Origin: Verrucomicrobiia bacterium
GTDB lineage: Bacteria; Verrucomicrobiota; Verrucomicrobiia; Limisphaerales; UBA1319
NCBI GenBank assembly: GCA_963664225.1
Contig: OY760937.1
Location: forward strand, 4,992,001 to 5,056,000
DNA: 64,000 nucleotides
Direction of reading: 5' to 3'
Every line of letters starts with the position of its first letter. Position 1 is the stretch's first letter. The notes under the pieces were generated by a model. It saw nothing but the letters and a program-made list of their open reading frames with translations, had not been told where the DNA came from and did no database searches. A program made the position numbers and the translations under genes. Shown piece by piece: positions 40,570 to 51,165 of this stretch.

Positions 40570-41670
40570 ATGGCAATTATTGATTTTGGCGGCACAAAAG
40601 AAGAAGTGATCATGCGCCGGGAGTTTCCGATGGCCAAGGCCCTCAAGACTCTTAAGAACGAGACCATCGCCGTCATTGGCTACGGTGTGCAAGGGCCCGC
40701 GCAGTCGTTGAATCTGCGGGACAATGGTTTCAATGTCATCATTGGCCAGGCCAAGGAATTCAAGCGGGATTGGGATCGCGCGAAGAAGGATGGATGGATT
40801 CCTGGAAAGACGCTCTTCCCCATAGAAGAGGCCGTGAAAAAGGCGACGATCATTCAGATGCTGGTTTCGGATGCCGCTCAGCGCACGATCTGGCCCATGA
40901 TCAAGAAATGCCTCAAGCCCGGTGACGCCCTCTATTTCTCACATGGTTTCTCGATTGTTTACAAGGATCAGACCAAGGTGATTCCTCCTGCGGATGTGGA
41001 TGTGATCATGGTGGCCCCGAAGGGTTCGGGCACGTCCGTGCGTCGCAATTTCCTTTCGGGCGCTGGGATCAATTCGAGCTTCGCGGTGTTTCAGGATGCC
41101 ACCGGCCGCGCCCACGAGCGCTGTCTGGCCCTGGGTATTGGCATCGGCTCGGGGTATATGTTCCCGACGACCTTCCAGCAGGAAGTGTTCAGCGACCTGA
41201 CCGGCGAGCGCGGCGTGTTGATGGGGGCGCTGGCGGGCATCATGGAGGCGCAGTATGAAGTGTTGCGCAAGAACGGCCATACGCCCAGCGAGGCGTTCAA
41301 CGAAACCGTTGAAGAGTTGACCCAGAGCTTGATTCGCCTGGTGGACGAGAACGGCATGGACTGGATGTATTCCAATTGCTCGGCGACGGCTCAACGCGGC
41401 GCACTGGACTGGAAGCCCAAGTTCAAGAAGGCGACGCTGCCCGTGTTCAAGGAGCTTTATGAGCGCGTGAAGACCGGCAAGGAAACCGCGCGAGTCCTGA
41501 GCGCCTGCGGCAAGCCCAATTATCAGGTGGAGCTGCAAAAGGAATTGGCCGAGATCGGTAATTCCGAAATGTGGCAGGCTGGCAAAGCGGCCCGCTCCCT
41601 GCGCCCGAAGGAAGTCGCCAAAACGGTGACCAAGGCCACAAAGGGTGTTGGCGGACGCGGCTCGAATTAA
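40570..41670 (+). CDS. ilvC: Ketol-acid reductoisomerase
   Basis: VIGYGVQG, NLRDNG, FSHGF, VAPKGSG, SDLTGERGVLMG, SEAFNETVEE. Confidence 0.97.
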   Translation: MAIIDFGGTKEEVIMRREFPMAKALKTLKNETIAVIGYGVQGPAQSLNLRDNGFNVIIGQAKEFKRDWDRAKKDGWIPGKTLFPIEEAVKKATIIQMLVSDAAQRTIWPMIKKCLKPGDALYFSHGFSIVYKDQTKVIPPADVDVIMVAPKGSGTSVRRNFLSGAGINSSFAVFQDATGRAHERCLALGIGIGSGYMFPTTFQQEVFSDLTGERGVLMGALAGIMEAQYEVLRKNGHTPSEAFNETVEELTQSLIRLVDENGMDWMYSNCSATAQRGALDWKPKFKKATLPVFKELYERVKTGKETARVLSACGKPNYQVELQKELAEIGNSEMWQAGKAARSLRPKEVAKTVTKATKGVGGRGSN

Positions 41671-41690
41671 TAATTAATTCAATTTTATGC

Positions 41691-41723
41691 AAAAAGGGCG
41701 ACCTTCGGGTCGTCCTTTTTTTT
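41691..41723 (+). terminator. Rho-independent terminator after ilvC
   Basis: AAAAAGGGCGACC-ttcg-GGTCGTCCTTTTTTTT. Confidence 0.9.
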
Positions 41724-41801
41724 GGTCCATGGGGAAGGTGCGCGGGGCGGAAATTGCATTTTGAAGAATTGTGATTTCTGGAGTAACATACCGCAAGTAT
41801 C

Positions 41802-43895
41802 ATGGAACCACAGACAATCCAATCCGGGGCCACCGGTAATCCTGTGGCGGTGAATCGTCTCGCAAAGGAGAAGTCGCCTTATCTTTTGCAACATCAGCAT
41901 AATCCGGTGAATTGGTTTCCTTGGGGCGATGAGGCTTTTGCCGAGGCACGGGCGCTGGACCGGCCCATTTTTCTGAGCATCGGTTACTCGACCTGTCATT
42001 GGTGCCATGTGATGGAGCGCGAGTCGTTCGAGAATGCGCAAGTGGCGGAGTATCTCAACGCCCACTTCATCAGCATCAAAGTCGATCGCGAGGAACGTCC
42101 GGATGTGGACAAGATCTACATGACGGCGGTCCAGGCTTTTTCGGGGCAGGGGGGATGGCCGCTCAACGCTTTTTTAACGCCCGACTTGAAGCCCTTTTAT
42201 TGCGGGACCTATTTCCCGCCGGAAAGCCGGCACGGTTTGCCAGCTTTTTTGTCGTTGTTACGGCAGATTCAACAGGTGTGGACCACGCGCCGGCATGACA
42301 TACTCCATTCCACAGCCGAGCTTCATAAACGGCTGCAACAATCCACGCGGTCGGAATCCTCCCAGGGTATGGTTCTTTCCCCGGCGTTGCTGCATGACGC
42401 GGCAGCTTTGTTCTCGGATCAGTATGACGAGCACAACGGCGGGTTCAGCACCGCGCCGAAATTTCCAAGGCCGTCGTTACCGATGTTTCTGCTGCGCTAT
42501 GGAACCCGCTTTCATGACGAAGATGCGGTGGAGATGGTATTCAACACCTGCGATCACATGGCGGCGGGGGGTATTCACGATCATCTGGGCGGCGGGTTTG
42601 CCCGTTATTCGGTCGATGAAAGCTGGACGGTTCCGCATTTCGAAAAGATGCTTTATGACAACGCCCTGCTGGCGCATTTGTATCTGGACGCGTTCCTGGC
42701 ATCAAACGAGCCGCGATTTGCCGCGACGGCCAACGGGATTTTTCATTACATTCTCAGGGACATGACCCATCCCGAGGGCGGTTTTTATTCCGCCGAGGAT
42801 GCGGACAGCGAAGGCAAGGAAGGCAAATTCTATTGCTGGACGATGGCGGAATTGAGTCCGTTGCTCACGCAGGAGGAGTTGGCCCTGGCAAAGCGGTATT
42901 TCAAGCTCAGCGAGGAGGGGAACTTCATCGATCACAGTGATCCAAAGCCACTGCCCGGCCAAAATGTGTTGTGCATTTCCAATCCGGCAGTTTCGGAAGC
43001 GGAGCATCCCATACTGGAATCCGCGCTGAAGAAAATGTCGGCAGCCCGTGCCCGGCGCGTGCGGCCGCATTTGGACGACAAGGTGCTGACCTCGTGGAAT
43101 GGGCTGATGCTGGGGGCCTTCGCGCGCGCAGGGTTGTCGCTCCGACAGCCCCTGTATTTGAAGGTGGCGGAAAAGAACGCGGCGTTTCTGAAGAGCCATC
43201 TATGGGATGCCGAGGCTGGAGTTCTTTACCACCGGTGGCGGGATGGCCAGCGCGATCAAGTTCAACTGCTGGACGCCTATGCGTTTCTATTGTCGGGTCT
43301 TTTGTGCCTTTATGAGGCCACACTGCAAACCGAGCACCTGCAATTCGCATGTCGTCTTGCGGACAAGATGATCGCGCTTTTTTATGATGCGGAACTCGGT
43401 GGTTTCTGGCAAACGGCGGCTGGGGATCCCCATTTGATTCTGCGTTTTAAGGAGGATTATGACGGCGCCGAACCGTCGGGGAACTCCATTGCCATACTTG
43501 TTTTAATCAAATTGGCCGCCATTACCGGCAATGTCGCCTATAAAAAAGCGGCGGAAAACAGTCTGCGCCTCTTCACTCCCCATCTTTTTAAACTGCCGCA
43601 GGCGGCGCCTCACATGCTCATCGCGATGGATGCCTGGTTCCATGAGCCGACGCGGATTGTGATTGCGGGAGATCCGGGCTCCCTGGAGGCGAAAGCGCTT
43701 CTGCAAGCGGCGCATTCGGTCTATCGGCCCGGCACGGTGATTCTTGGCAACAGCGGACCCGTCGATGGTTTTTCGCAATTATTGAAGCCGCGTCACAAAA
43801 CGGCGGAGGCGTTTCTTTGCACCGCCACGGGTTGCCAGGAGCCGACCGGCGATCCCGACAAGTTGCTGGGTTTGCTCAAAGCGATTCATGCGTGA
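41802..43895 (+). CDS. Thioredoxin-domain protein, YyaL/SSP411 (DUF255) family
   Basis: [48 protein letters not shown]. Confidence 0.95.
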   Translation: MEPQTIQSGATGNPVAVNRLAKEKSPYLLQHQHNPVNWFPWGDEAFAEARALDRPIFLSIGYSTCHWCHVMERESFENAQVAEYLNAHFISIKVDREERPDVDKIYMTAVQAFSGQGGWPLNAFLTPDLKPFYCGTYFPPESRHGLPAFLSLLRQIQQVWTTRRHDILHSTAELHKRLQQSTRSESSQGMVLSPALLHDAAALFSDQYDEHNGGFSTAPKFPRPSLPMFLLRYGTRFHDEDAVEMVFNTCDHMAAGGIHDHLGGGFARYSVDESWTVPHFEKMLYDNALLAHLYLDAFLASNEPRFAATANGIFHYILRDMTHPEGGFYSAEDADSEGKEGKFYCWTMAELSPLLTQEELALAKRYFKLSEEGNFIDHSDPKPLPGQNVLCISNPAVSEAEHPILESALKKMSAARARRVRPHLDDKVLTSWNGLMLGAFARAGLSLRQPLYLKVAEKNAAFLKSHLWDAEAGVLYHRWRDGQRDQVQLLDAYAFLLSGLLCLYEATLQTEHLQFACRLADKMIALFYDAELGGFWQTAAGDPHLILRFKEDYDGAEPSGNSIAILVLIKLAAITGNVAYKKAAENSLRLFTPHLFKLPQAAPHMLIAMDAWFHEPTRIVIAGDPGSLEAKALLQAAHSVYRPGTVILGNSGPVDGFSQLLKPRHKTAEAFLCTATGCQEPTGDPDKLLGLLKAIHA

Positions 43896-44015
43896 TGGAG
43901 TGGGAAGCCGCAGCCAGAGCGATTTGATGCTGCGGGAATTTCTGGAGCGCGGCAACTCCTGTCGGCCAATGATTTTTAAGTTTTCCAATGGCCGGATTCC
44001 GGTTAATGTTCGGCT

Positions 44016-44504
44016 GTGGCAATCGCAAGAATATTGGTTGACGGTTACAGTCTGTTGAATAGCTGGCCTGACCTGGCTGCGGGCCATTCGCCTTTTTCCG
44101 CCACAGCCCGCTCGGCGCTCATTCACCGGATGGGGCAGTATAGTGACGCCGTGAATATTCCGATCGCGATTGTTTTCGATGGAGGAGCGGCGCCTGTGGG
44201 GACTCTCCCGGATCCCGCGCCCATCGGTTTGGAGATCATCTATTCCAAGGCGGGCCAGACGGCCGACCAGATCATTGAGAGGCTTGTGGAATTGATGCGG
44301 CCCCATGGCGAGGCTCTTGTGGTGACGGACGATTATGCGGAACGGGATACCGTGATGTCGCTGGGCGGTTCCGCTTCCAACTGCATGAGTTTTATTGGAA
44401 TCGTGGAAGCCGCGGTTAATGACATGTCACGGAACATCAAACGCCGCAACGAAAAAGAGGTTGCGCATTTCAAACGGCCCAACAAGAACAACAAGGGCAT
44501 ATGA
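44016..44504 (+). CDS. NYN-domain (YacP/Rae1-like) ribonuclease
   Basis: ILVDGY, IVFDG, TADQIIE, VVTDD. Confidence 0.88.
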   Translation: MAIARILVDGYSLLNSWPDLAAGHSPFSATARSALIHRMGQYSDAVNIPIAIVFDGGAAPVGTLPDPAPIGLEIIYSKAGQTADQIIERLVELMRPHGEALVVTDDYAERDTVMSLGGSASNCMSFIGIVEAAVNDMSRNIKRRNEKEVAHFKRPNKNNKGI

Positions 44505-45889
44505 CACGACTTGTCGGATGGCTTGTTCTTTGGTTAATGCTGGCCATGGGCGGTGGAATGCCTGCCGCTCCGTTGGTCAGAACCGACCTGTGCCAGGTGC
44601 TGTTTGTCGTGGACACCTCGCGGTCGATGTCCCGTTATTCCGCCATGACGCGGCAGACGGTGTTCGACCTTGTCTATGACGGGGTGCAAGGGCAGATGAA
44701 TACCGGGGATATTTATGGGATCTGGATTTTTAACGAGAAGGTCCAGACGAATGCCTTTACCTCGTTGAACTGGGATGCGCAGCTTAATCGGGGCCTGGCG
44801 GCCGGAGCCGCCAACTTCATAAAGATCCTTCCATACGAAAAGCAGACCAGATTAGACCGGATTTGGGCGGAACTTGTGGGTTATGCGCGGCAGACCAGGA
44901 AGCTAACGGTCATCATGATCACGGATGGGTCAGATCGTTTTGTGGGCACGCCCTTCGACGCCCAGATCAACACTTATTTTGAGAAGCATGCGAAGGAATT
45001 TCGTCAGGCCAAGAAGCCCTTCGTTATTACTCTGGCCGCTTTGGATGGCAAATTTCTGGCCTCCACAGTGAACGGCGCGCGCGATCCGATCGCCTTTAAT
45101 TCCATTGCGTCGCAAGTGTATGAATGGAAACAAGGACAGCCACAATACCAGGTCAAAGAGTCGAAGCCCGCACCTGTCGTTGTCAGCGAAGTGCCCGCAG
45201 CGTCGGTGATTAAGGCGCGACCGGTGTTACTTCCAGCACCTGAGCCTGTGGCGGCAGTCGTTGTGCAAACCAACGTGGACGTTCCGAAGATCGATGCCGC
45301 GCCAGCGGCTCCGATCCAGGTTCCCGCGAGCTCCGCGACGGCTGTTTCCGAACCGTCAACACCGGCTACCTCGCCGACGGCAAGCCCGACGAATGCGATT
45401 GCGGTGTTGGTTGTGACGCCACCTCCCGCAAGACCGATTGTGGAGGTGTCCGTTGAAACTCCAAAGCCGGAGAATAAAACTGTTGAGACGCCAACCAATG
45501 CGAGCACCGCTGTCGTTGAGCCAGTGAAGGCCGAAATCGCGCCCGCAGCGAGTGTTGAAAAGCAGCCGGTTCCTCCGCCCAAGATTGAGCAACGGCCCGC
45601 CGAATTGGCACCTGTCGCGACCCAGGAAGCCATGCCAGCCGTTGCAATGGCCCCAGCCACGACTGCAACCCAGGCTGTCAGCCCTCCGCAGACCGCGCCC
45701 ATTCGCGCGTCGAAAAAGCCCGCGCCCGCGTTGGGTACTGGGAATCCGACTCCGCTGATTCTCATAGGGTCCGGCATCGCTTTATTCCTGGCGGCCAGTG
45801 GTCTTGTGGTGGTGATGTTACGGCGTTCACGAAAACAGACGACCACCAGCTTCATATCCCAATCCATCGATCGAGACTCACACCTTTGA
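44501..45889 (+). CDS. vWA-domain surface protein with Pro/Ala-rich stalk and C-terminal TM anchor
   Basis: Signal peptide, MIDAS DTSRSM and ITDG, low-complexity stalk, TM followed by RRSRK. Confidence 0.8.
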   Translation: MTRLVGWLVLWLMLAMGGGMPAAPLVRTDLCQVLFVVDTSRSMSRYSAMTRQTVFDLVYDGVQGQMNTGDIYGIWIFNEKVQTNAFTSLNWDAQLNRGLAAGAANFIKILPYEKQTRLDRIWAELVGYARQTRKLTVIMITDGSDRFVGTPFDAQINTYFEKHAKEFRQAKKPFVITLAALDGKFLASTVNGARDPIAFNSIASQVYEWKQGQPQYQVKESKPAPVVVSEVPAASVIKARPVLLPAPEPVAAVVVQTNVDVPKIDAAPAAPIQVPASSATAVSEPSTPATSPTASPTNAIAVLVVTPPPARPIVEVSVETPKPENKTVETPTNASTAVVEPVKAEIAPAASVEKQPVPPPKIEQRPAELAPVATQEAMPAVAMAPATTATQAVSPPQTAPIRASKKPAPALGTGNPTPLILIGSGIALFLAASGLVVVMLRRSRKQTTTSFISQSIDRDSHL

Positions 45890-46013
45890 GACACCGGCAT
45901 TGAGTCCATCCAGAACGCCGTTGTCGGAGGGCAGGGGAAACGCTTCCTGGCTTTTAATATTCAAGGGTGCGGTGGGGTTCGACGCAGGTGCGGAATCTTG
46001 GTATATTGGACCC

Positions 46014-46934
46014 ATGCGAAGGGCGAATATTTCATTCCATGAGGACAGCGAACGCGTTCTCGGCGAGGAGCCAGGAAAGGATATTACCCGGGAGTTTTCT
46101 CAGATGTGGGAGCATTATCGCAAGGCGTCGAAACGCTGCCGCGATAAATTATCGCCGAAATCTTTGCACCGCCTCCGGCTCGCGGCAAGGAAACTGGTTG
46201 TTGTGCTGGAATTCTGCCAGGACGATGGCCCATCACAGGAAACCGATGAATGCGTGCGAAGCCTTAAAAAAAAGAACAAGAAGCTTGGCGCGTTGCGGGA
46301 CATCCATACGCAGTTGGCGCACGTAAAAAAGCTCCAAAGAGCGCGGCCTTGTCTGCGCCGATATAAAAAAGCACTGCAGGCGGAGGAAAAATCAGAGCGC
46401 AAGAAACTGGCGCGTTTTCTGCGCGGGCAAAAAGCAAATAGAGTGGAGGCTTCGATCTTCAGGACGTGGAGTTCCTGGGTATCCAAAAACGGAAAAAGGA
46501 TTGGGACCGGCAATGCAGTTCGAGAGTTGGCCCGGCGTCGATTGCGGGCGGTAATGTCGGAGGTTCTGCGGCGACTTGAGGCCGCGAAATCGGGGGAGTT
46601 TGAGAGCCTGCATCGATTGCGAGTGGCGATTAAACGATTGCGATATACGTGGGAATTTCTGAAGCCGGTGATTAATGGAGTGGATGAGCAGGCGGTGCGT
46701 CAATTAATCGCCTGGCAGGTGCAGTTGGGGCGGGTGCAGGATTTGCGCATCTTTTTTGTTTCCTTGAAGGAATGGCTCAAGGAACAATCCAAACCGGTGA
46801 AGATACAATTCAAGGAGCCCTGTCGCGAGCTGAAGCGGCGATTGACCGCCCGCGCTGTTTATCTTGCGGATAAAATGAGTCGGACGCCGCCGCGCTGGAG
46901 TGCAGACGTACAAATGGAGCGAAACAGACCATGA
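46014..46934 (+). CDS. CHAD-domain (polyphosphate-binding) protein
   Basis: LHRLRLAARKL, LGALRDI, LHRLRVAIKRLRY, QLGRVQD. Very basic. Confidence 0.9.
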   Translation: MRRANISFHEDSERVLGEEPGKDITREFSQMWEHYRKASKRCRDKLSPKSLHRLRLAARKLVVVLEFCQDDGPSQETDECVRSLKKKNKKLGALRDIHTQLAHVKKLQRARPCLRRYKKALQAEEKSERKKLARFLRGQKANRVEASIFRTWSSWVSKNGKRIGTGNAVRELARRRLRAVMSEVLRRLEAAKSGEFESLHRLRVAIKRLRYTWEFLKPVINGVDEQAVRQLIAWQVQLGRVQDLRIFFVSLKEWLKEQSKPVKIQFKEPCRELKRRLTARAVYLADKMSRTPPRWSADVQMERNRP

Positions 46935-47428
46935 AATTATATTTGTTGCGGCACGCGGAGGCCGTCCCACGCGAGGATTCCATTCCTGATTGTGATCGCG
47001 CATTGACTTCTGATGGCATGGAGACCATGAAGACGGTCGCATTGGGGATGCGGGCGCTGAAGATTAAGGTGGATCTTGTGCTCACCAGTCCTTTAGTGCG
47101 GGCGCGTCAGACTGCTGAAATCGCCGCCGTCGCCCTAGGAGTGAAAAGCAAGATCACCCTTACGAAAAATCTGGCGCCCGACGCGGATCCTGAATCCTTT
47201 ATCGCTGAGCTGGCCCTAAAACATTGCTCCATCAAGAACATCCTGCTGGTGGGGCATGAACCACATCTTGGAAGATTGGCATCCGTGCTTTTGACGGGCA
47301 CAACGGACTTGCCTGTGATTTTTAAGAAAGGGGGTTTGATGGCGTTGAAATTGGATTCAAAGCCCTGCAAACAGGGTGCGACGTTAAAGTGGTTTTTAAC
47401 CCCGCGACAGATGCGCCTGCACAAGTAA
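46931..47428 (+). CDS. sixA: Phosphohistidine phosphatase SixA
   Basis: LYLLRHAEA, RALT..G, TSPLVRARQTA, LVGHEP, KKGG. Confidence 0.93.
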   Translation: MKLYLLRHAEAVPREDSIPDCDRALTSDGMETMKTVALGMRALKIKVDLVLTSPLVRARQTAEIAAVALGVKSKITLTKNLAPDADPESFIAELALKHCSIKNILLVGHEPHLGRLASVLLTGTTDLPVIFKKGGLMALKLDSKPCKQGATLKWFLTPRQMRLHK

Positions 47429-48331
47429 CAAAGCGCCCGTGGTTACGGCGTCTTCGCCCAAGGCCGCGAGGCGAATGCGCGGGCCGGGCTTGAACGCGTC
47501 CATGACAAAACCGGGGAGGGCCTGTTCCAGGGCGAGGCGCAAGGGTTCTCCCATGAGCGATAAACCACCGCCCACGACGATCACTTCCGGGTGAAACAGG
47601 TGTGTGACGTGTGAGAGACCGAACGCCAAATCTCCAACGGTCTCGTGAAGAATACGCCGGGCGTCGGCATCGCCGCCGTCAATGGCCTGCGCCAGAAAAC
47701 GGGCCTCGCCACTGGTGACATTGGCGGTCAGCCGGGCGAGGAGTCCTTGAGGCGCGGATGTTTTGGCGGCGCGTATCCGACGATCCACGGCCCAGCCGGA
47801 GCAACGGGATTCCACGGTGGCGCCGTTACGATCCAGGCGCAGATGGCCGATTTCCGCTTCGCCGGGCTTTGTGCCATGATAGACTTGATGGCCAGCCACC
47901 AGGCCGCCCCCCACGCCGCTGCCCAAGGTGACATAGAAGACCGGATCGTGGCCGCGGCCAGCGCCCAGAACCGCCTCTCCCAGCGCGGCCACATTGGCGT
48001 CATTCTCCACGCGGACATTCTGGATGCCGGTGATTTGCCGCACCCATCCGGCAAGGTCAAATCCCGACCAACCCTCGATTTGATGTGAGCATTCGATCCT
48101 GCCGGTCTGGAAATCGACGGGTCCGCCAAATCCCACGCCCATTCCATGGGGCTCGGGCACTTGTTTGAGGACGTTTTCAAGGACCGCGCCGATTTGTTCA
48201 CGGATGCCCTGGCCCCCTTTTGCGGGATCGACCTGGCAGCGCCAGCGTTCGACAATGCGCCCCTCTGCATCACCAGAGACGATTTGGAGCTTGGTGCCGC
48301 CGATTTCCATTCCGAGCAACGTAGGACTCAT
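47396..48331 (-). CDS. ROK family sugar kinase
   Basis: EIGGTK, GFGGP, ENDANVAALGE, TLGSGVGGG, EIGH. Confidence 0.92.
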   Translation of the reverse strand: MSPTLLGMEIGGTKLQIVSGDAEGRIVERWRCQVDPAKGGQGIREQIGAVLENVLKQVPEPHGMGVGFGGPVDFQTGRIECSHQIEGWSGFDLAGWVRQITGIQNVRVENDANVAALGEAVLGAGRGHDPVFYVTLGSGVGGGLVAGHQVYHGTKPGEAEIGHLRLDRNGATVESRCSGWAVDRRIRAAKTSAPQGLLARLTANVTSGEARFLAQAIDGGDADARRILHETVGDLAFGLSHVTHLFHPEVIVVGGGLSLMGEPLRLALEQALPGFVMDAFKPGPRIRLAALGEDAVTTGALLLVQAHLSRG

Positions 48332-48525
48332 GCGGGCATCATTCCGTGGCGGTGGAAGATTTGCAATCCATACGGAAGGAAAGAAGAAACAGACTCAAGC
48401 GAATCCGCAAAGGGCGCAGTTTTTGTTTCACGGAATACGGATGCAAGGATAGACTGGGGGGCGTTGCTTGCGAAAATCCCTGTGGAATCGGTTTTGGGAT
48501 GGCTGCGTCAACGGGATCGTCGATC

Positions 48526-51150
48526 ATGAATACTGAAGCGCCAAAATTTAGCACGGGTCTGCCAGGACTCGACCGGACATTGTGCGGGCTGATCCCCGGC
48601 GACAATGTGGTCTGGCAGGTGGATACCATCGATGACTATCTGCCGTTTGTAACGCCATTTTGGGAGGAGGCGCGCAGGCAGGGGCGCAAGCGGATTTATT
48701 TCCGGTTCGCGCGACATCGGGAACTCATACCGGCGGACGATGACGGGCAGATTTACCGGCTGCATCCGGAGGTTGGATTTGAAAAGTTCCTCACAGAAAT
48801 TCTGGATGTCATCGAGAAAAACGGGCTGGGGGCCTGCTATGTTTTCGATTGGCTGTCCGACCTGGCGGTGGATTGGTACAGCGACCGGATGCTGGGCAAT
48901 TTTTTCATGATTGCCTGCCCGTTTTTATTCGATCTGCAAACCATCGCCTATTTTGGGCTGAGGAAAAATCACCATTCGGTGCATGCCATCGATGGAATCA
49001 CCAATACCGCACAGGTCATTCTCGAAGTGTATCGCAAGAAGGAGCAGTTGTTTCTGCATCCGCGCAAGGTGTGGATGCGGCATTCGCCAACGCTTTACAT
49101 GCTGCAGGTGTGGGAGGGGGAGGAATTTCGTCCGATGACCAGCAGCGCCGTGACCGCGGATATTTTGTCGGGGGTACCCCAGCCGTGGTTGGATTTCAGC
49201 ATACATCGGCCGGGTGTGTGGATCCGGCTGTTTCGTCAGGCGCAAAGCACGTTGAACGCGGTGCGGAATGGAAAGAAATCCCCCACGGAAGCGGCGTCAT
49301 TCTTCAATCGCATTCTGCGCATGGTGGTCACACGGGACGAGCGTTTCGTGAACCTGGCGCGGCAGTATTTTGAATTTGCAGATCTGATCGAGATCATGAA
49401 GCGGATGATCGGGACGGGTTTGATCGGCGGCAAGACGCTGGGCATGCTGCTGGCGCGGGCCATTCTAAAGAAGACCGATCCGCGCTGGAAGGATCGGCTT
49501 GAAGAACACGATTCCTTCTTTATCGGATCGGACGTTTTTTATACGTATCTGGTGCAAAATGGCTGCTGGTGGCTGCGACGCCGACAGAAGGATTTTTCGA
49601 CCCATCTGGAGCGCGCCAAGCAGGCGCGTGAAAAAATTCTTACGGGGCATTTCCCGGATTACATCCAAAAGCAGTTCATGGAGATGATCGAGTATTTCGG
49701 TCAGTCGCCGATCATTGTGCGCTCGAGCAGTCTGCTCGAGGACAATTATGGGAATGCCTTTTCCGGCAAGTACGAGAGCGTGTTTTGCGCCAACCAGGGC
49801 ACGCCCAACGAGCGATTGCAGGCTTTCATGGCCGCGGTGCGCGTCGTATATGCGAGCACGATGAGCCCCGAGGGTCTTGAGTACCGGCTGCACCATGGGT
49901 TGCTGGATCAGGACGAGCAAATGGCCCTGCTGGTGCAGCGCGTGTCGGGCCAGATGTATGACAACCTGTTCCTGCCGCATATCGCCGGGGTGGGTTTTTC
50001 ATTCAATCCGTACGCCTGGAGCGAGGATATCGATCCCAAGTCGGGATTTTTGCGGCTGGTATTCGGGCTGGGCACAAGGGCGGTGGAACGCACCGGAGAC
50101 GATTATACGCGGTTGGTGGCGCTTAATGCGCCTGAAAAACTGCCCGAGTCCAGACCTGGCGAAGCACGTCAATTCAGCCAGAGACGTTTCGATGCGCTGG
50201 ACCTGAAGGCCAACGCGATGACCACGATGCCTTTCGAGGAGGTGATCCGCAAACTCCCTCAGGATTTGCTTTCCAAGCTTGCGGTTTGCGACGAAACGAT
50301 TTTGGAGAACATGCGCCAGGCGAATCGCAATGGCGCCTGCGCCTGGATGCCCGCGTTTGAACCCATACTGCTGGAGACCACGTTCTCAGCCGATATGCGC
50401 CAGATGCTGGCGGTGCTTCAGACCGCGTATCAAAATCCGGTGGATATTGAATTCACGGCTAATTTCATGCCCAACGGGGAATTACGGATCAACCTGGTGC
50501 AATGCCGTCCGTTCCAGGTCAAAATCTCCGGAGAAGGCGACCGCGTCAAATTTCCTGAAAAACTCAATCCATCGGAAATCATACTCGCCTCGGAGGGGCC
50601 GGTTGTGGGTCATAGTCTGGCGACCCAGATCGACCGGCTCATTTTCATCGTGCCATCGGTCTATGGGCAGATGACGCAGGCGCACCGCTATTCTGTGGCG
50701 CGGACCATCGGGCGATTGACGCATCTTGAGGACGCGCCTTTGGGCAAAACGCTGCTTTTGATTGGCCCGGGCCGATGGGGGACATCGATGCCTTCGCTCG
50801 GAGTGCCGGTGTCTTTTGCGGAGATCAATTCGGTCTCGGTATTATGCGAGGTGGCCCTGATGCGCGAGGGATTGGTGCCGGACATCTCACTGGGCACTCA
50901 CTTTTTCAACGATCTTGTTGAGATGGACATGCTTTATCTGGCGATTTCCCCCGAGCGCGGCGGTCACATGCTCAATGAGAAGTTGCTGATGGCCGCGCCG
51001 AATCGCCTGACCCAGTTGCTTCCGGACGCAGCCGCGTGGGAAGCCGGGATCCGGGTCATCGACGGGAACGACCTTTCCAGCGGATCGATCTATCTCAATG
51101 TCGATTCCTTAAAGCAAAGGGCGGTCTGTTACGTGGAAAAACGTTCCTGA
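48526..51150 (+). CDS. PEP/pyruvate-binding (PPDK_N ATP-grasp) protein with degenerate KaiC/RecA-like N-terminus
   Basis: STGLPGLD..L.GL..G at the N-terminus; IGGK, VRSSSLLED, FSGKYES, MALLVQ, GLGTRAV, DIEF, VQCRP. Alternative start 48499. Confidence 0.85.
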   Translation: MNTEAPKFSTGLPGLDRTLCGLIPGDNVVWQVDTIDDYLPFVTPFWEEARRQGRKRIYFRFARHRELIPADDDGQIYRLHPEVGFEKFLTEILDVIEKNGLGACYVFDWLSDLAVDWYSDRMLGNFFMIACPFLFDLQTIAYFGLRKNHHSVHAIDGITNTAQVILEVYRKKEQLFLHPRKVWMRHSPTLYMLQVWEGEEFRPMTSSAVTADILSGVPQPWLDFSIHRPGVWIRLFRQAQSTLNAVRNGKKSPTEAASFFNRILRMVVTRDERFVNLARQYFEFADLIEIMKRMIGTGLIGGKTLGMLLARAILKKTDPRWKDRLEEHDSFFIGSDVFYTYLVQNGCWWLRRRQKDFSTHLERAKQAREKILTGHFPDYIQKQFMEMIEYFGQSPIIVRSSSLLEDNYGNAFSGKYESVFCANQGTPNERLQAFMAAVRVVYASTMSPEGLEYRLHHGLLDQDEQMALLVQRVSGQMYDNLFLPHIAGVGFSFNPYAWSEDIDPKSGFLRLVFGLGTRAVERTGDDYTRLVALNAPEKLPESRPGEARQFSQRRFDALDLKANAMTTMPFEEVIRKLPQDLLSKLAVCDETILENMRQANRNGACAWMPAFEPILLETTFSADMRQMLAVLQTAYQNPVDIEFTANFMPNGELRINLVQCRPFQVKISGEGDRVKFPEKLNPSEIILASEGPVVGHSLATQIDRLIFIVPSVYGQMTQAHRYSVARTIGRLTHLEDAPLGKTLLLIGPGRWGTSMPSLGVPVSFAEINSVSVLCEVALMREGLVPDISLGTHFFNDLVEMDMLYLAISPERGGHMLNEKLLMAAPNRLTQLLPDAAAWEAGIRVIDGNDLSSGSIYLNVDSLKQRAVCYVEKRS

Positions 51151-51165
51151 TTTTTTTCGAACTGA

